A DNA stretch of 63,936 nucleotides, the filler included, from Octopus bimaculoides (lineage: Eukaryota), in NCBI RefSeq assembly GCF_001194135.2. It is 5 parts of 5 records of this genome, joined end to end, with 100 filler letters (N's around TTAATTAATTAA, not from the genome) between each part and the next. Parts side by side here need not be neighbours in the genome. Positions count along the whole stretch, not along the records: positions 55,582 to 62,779 come from NC_068990.1; positions 62,880 to 63,936 come from NC_068991.1; 3 more parts are not named here. One strand, given 5' to 3'. The position numbers were made by a program, and so were the translations under genes. Positions 61,296 to 63,936 of the stretch are shown one piece after another (positions within the stretch are counted from its first letter, which is position 1; each line of letters opens with the position of its first letter). The notes under the pieces were generated by a model that was not told where the DNA came from, searched no databases, and was given only the letters and a program-made list of their open reading frames with translations.

Positions 61296-62769
61296 CAGTA
61301 ATGGCCAAAATTAGAGAGCGAAAATAAAAATTAAAGGTACCACTTCATTTTTCCGAATGGGATTTTTACTGAATGTTCATTATTTACAATAAATTGTGCA
61401 GGAAGTGTTTAATAACTAAATAATTTATAATAGAGAAAATGTTCATTTGAAAGATTTGAAAGACGAAGAAAATTCGAGAATGAATGACGTAAAATTCAAA
61501 AAGTAAAATCTGGCAACACTCCGACCGATGTAAGTTGACCTAAGAGTGCGAAGATTTATATTAAACAGCAATGAATTAGCATCCATGGAAAGCTGGCGAG
61601 TGGTCACATTGAAAAAAGGAGGAATGGCAATTTCTGCTAATGCCAAAGACATTAGCAGATCATAGAGTGTTGTTTCAAGAATACTCAAGCTTTGTCAACA
61701 GAAAAACGAGAGCAACCACGGAAAGCAAATGTTTGACAAGACCCTGTTAAAGGACATTTTTTATATTGTTGCATAAATTTCTCACCAAGTAAATCGTTAT
61801 TATGGAATTAATGTGTCTCAGAAGACTGTGATCGTCGTTTGAAGGAAGTTGGACTTCATGCTCGTTCCACCGCCATTAAACTTCTCATCAGTATGAAGAA
61901 TCGAAAAGCGGAGTTAGTCTTTGCCAAAGAGCACGTACCTTGAACGGGCGACCAACTGGTCGCTTGAGCTCTTCAGTGACGAAAGCAATTTCAATTTGGT
62001 TGGCTCTGATGGAAGACAGAACGTGAGATGTCGTAAAGGTGAAAGATTGCTCCCTAAATGCGTGAAGAAATCGGTGAAGTTTGGAGGTTGAGGTTTAATG
62101 ATGTGGAGTATGATTTGTACGGCAGGTGTTAGACCTTTCATCCGGATTCATGGGAATGTAAATACAGTGATATACAAAGACAGCATTCTGCAGTATGTTG
62201 TGCCAGCTATGAGGTCATCTCCACCTCGTCAGTCAATCTTTATGCCGAGTAATGGCGTCACGTCATAGTGCTGAAATAGTTAAGATGTTTGAAGCTGAAA
62301 ACATTACTGTGATTCGTTGGCCCTTACCTCAATCCCACTGAAAACTTATGAAAGTTATTTGGCAATAAGATCAGAGAGCACCGACCTTCGAATGTTACGA
62401 TTTTGTGGGGAAATTTTCAAGAAGAATGGAATAAGATTACATCAAAGCAGCGTGAGAAATTGGTCAAATCTTGTGAACAGAGATGTACTGAAGTTATTAG
62501 AAATAAAGGAATGTGGACATATTAATATATTGATGTAGATTGTAAAAGTCTCTTGCAAAATTTTGATATCTTGAATTTTACGCCATGCGTTCTCTAATTT
62601 TATCCGTCTCGTATTTTTCAGATAAACATTTTTTCGATTATAAATTATTTAATTATTAATCACTTTCTACAAAATTTATTGTAAATAATGACCATACTTT
62701 AAAGCCTTTACAGGAAAAATCCCATTCGGAAAAACGTTCCATTTTCGTCCTTTATTGCGCGCGCGCTTG
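61296..62769 (+). mobile_element. Tc1-family DNA transposon with long IR/DR-type termini; transposase pseudogene
   Basis: TA-flanked; LFSDESNFNLVGSDGR..VR.RKGE...SVKFGG.GLMMW and RWP..LNP.ENL motifs; inverted repeats ~61345-61505 and ~62570-62735. Confidence 0.9.
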
Positions 62770-62779
62770 TATATATATA

Positions 62780-62879
62780 NNNNNNNNNNNNNNNNNNNNN
62801 NNNNNNNNNNNNNNNNNNNNNNNTTAATTAATTAANNNNNNNNNNNNNNNNNNNNNNNNNNNNNNNNNNNNNNNNNNNN
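62780..62879. other. Artificial scaffold-join linker
   Basis: N44-TTAATTAATTAA-N44. Confidence 0.95.
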
Positions 62880-63427
62880 TTCACAGATTTATTTGAAAAA
62901 CTCAAGCAGTCCCTGACGAACGAGGACTTGATAGAGCTTCACGAGTAGCAAAATAAAGAAGAAAAGGAAATCGAACCTGAGCCACGTCACTTTACCATTT
63001 AGAAAATGCAGCAAACATTTGCATATATCGAAAAAGGTCTTTCTATGTTCGAGGATATGGATCCAAATGCTCAGCGCTTTTCCAAGATTATGGGGGGACT
63101 TGTCACGAAGCTTTTGCTCCTTATAATGTAATCCTTGAGGAAAAGAAGACAGTTGAAGGAACTCTCAACCGGTTTTTAAAACGCATCGAACAACAGGAAC
63201 AGCCAGATTCAGCTGTTGATGTTGTCGATCCACAACCACCTACTTCTGCAATGTAAACCACAAAACTGTATGTACGTATTGGTAAATTTAAAGTAATTTA
63301 GATTTTTTTTTACTATTGCAAAATAATAATAATTACTGAATTTGTTTTTTATGCTTAAAAAAAGGCTTTTATTTTACCAAGTCTTATTGCAAACCGCTTT
63401 CATAAATAAAGCGTCCGCGATGTACGG
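62880..63427 (+). mobile_element. Tigger/pogo-type transposase C-terminal remnant and right end
   Basis: LTNEDLIEL...FEDMDPNAQRFSKI...EEKK...RFLKR resembles TIGD1/Tigger C-termini; ends ...gatgtacgg|TA. Confidence 0.7.
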
Positions 63428-63886
63428 TATGTATGTATGTATGTATGTATGTATGTTGGTATTAACAAAAATAATGATTTCTCAAGAACACACAACCACA
63501 GACGTAATGGGCAGAATATGGTCGATTACATCTACCAATAATTCCTCTCGTATATATTATATCGTTCCACAAATACAAAGATGATCATGACGGGATTTGA
63601 TTGCAGAAACTGACCGGAAATAACTAATTACCGTAGACTATTTTGTTCCATGCTCCACGAGTTCATTTCCACGCCACTTAGCCGAATAATAATTATTCAT
63701 GACATAGGCAGACGACCATAAGAATTCAGTTGATACTGAAGCGATCGTCTGATATAGAGGCAATCGTCTGGTATAGAAACAATCGACGTCAAGTAATTGT
63801 TGGATACCCAGTTTTGAAGGACACTAAAACGATTTTATGACGTGAAGGCTTATATTTTATGGTTATCTATATATATAAAAATGAGA

Positions 63887-63936
<50 letters not shown>

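Overview
Repeat-dense eukaryotic draft-assembly DNA with many N gaps. The SINE and LINE families and extreme microsatellite load point to an octopus (coleoid cephalopod) genome; this is inference from sequence style. Almost all ORFs in the supplied track are artefacts of microsatellites or N runs, or are transposon remnants. One host gene is well supported, and the ORF track misses it because it has no Met. It is a minus-strand terminal coding exon (57262-57399) behind a strong splice acceptor, encoding EIIGLASKILEIAIHMDKPRGLS-KR-NHGMIDTLINIPDLDKV-G-RK-stop, a cerebrin / pigment-dispersing-factor-like amidated neuropeptide precursor. Its signal-peptide exon is not identifiable in the window. 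The rest is layered mobile DNA: three tRNA-derived SINE families; RTE LINEs (one near full length, with a C4HC3 PHD-like finger inserted in the RT); R4/Dong-type REL retrotransposons in (TAA)n tracts; Penelope-like remnants, including a ~1.5 kb palindrome with a hammerhead-ribozyme motif in each arm; mariner, Tc1, Tigger/pogo and Chapaev3 remnants; and a Helentron/HINE-like element. Four artificial N44-TTAATTAATTAA-N44 linkers mark scaffold joins, so continuity across them is not guaranteed. I do not see a wholly new biological system. The best leads are the neuropeptide exon, the PHD-containing RTE, the ribozyme-bearing palindrome, and a CpG-depleted domain bounded by the joins. Family names and reference peptides are recalled from memory, not from database searches.
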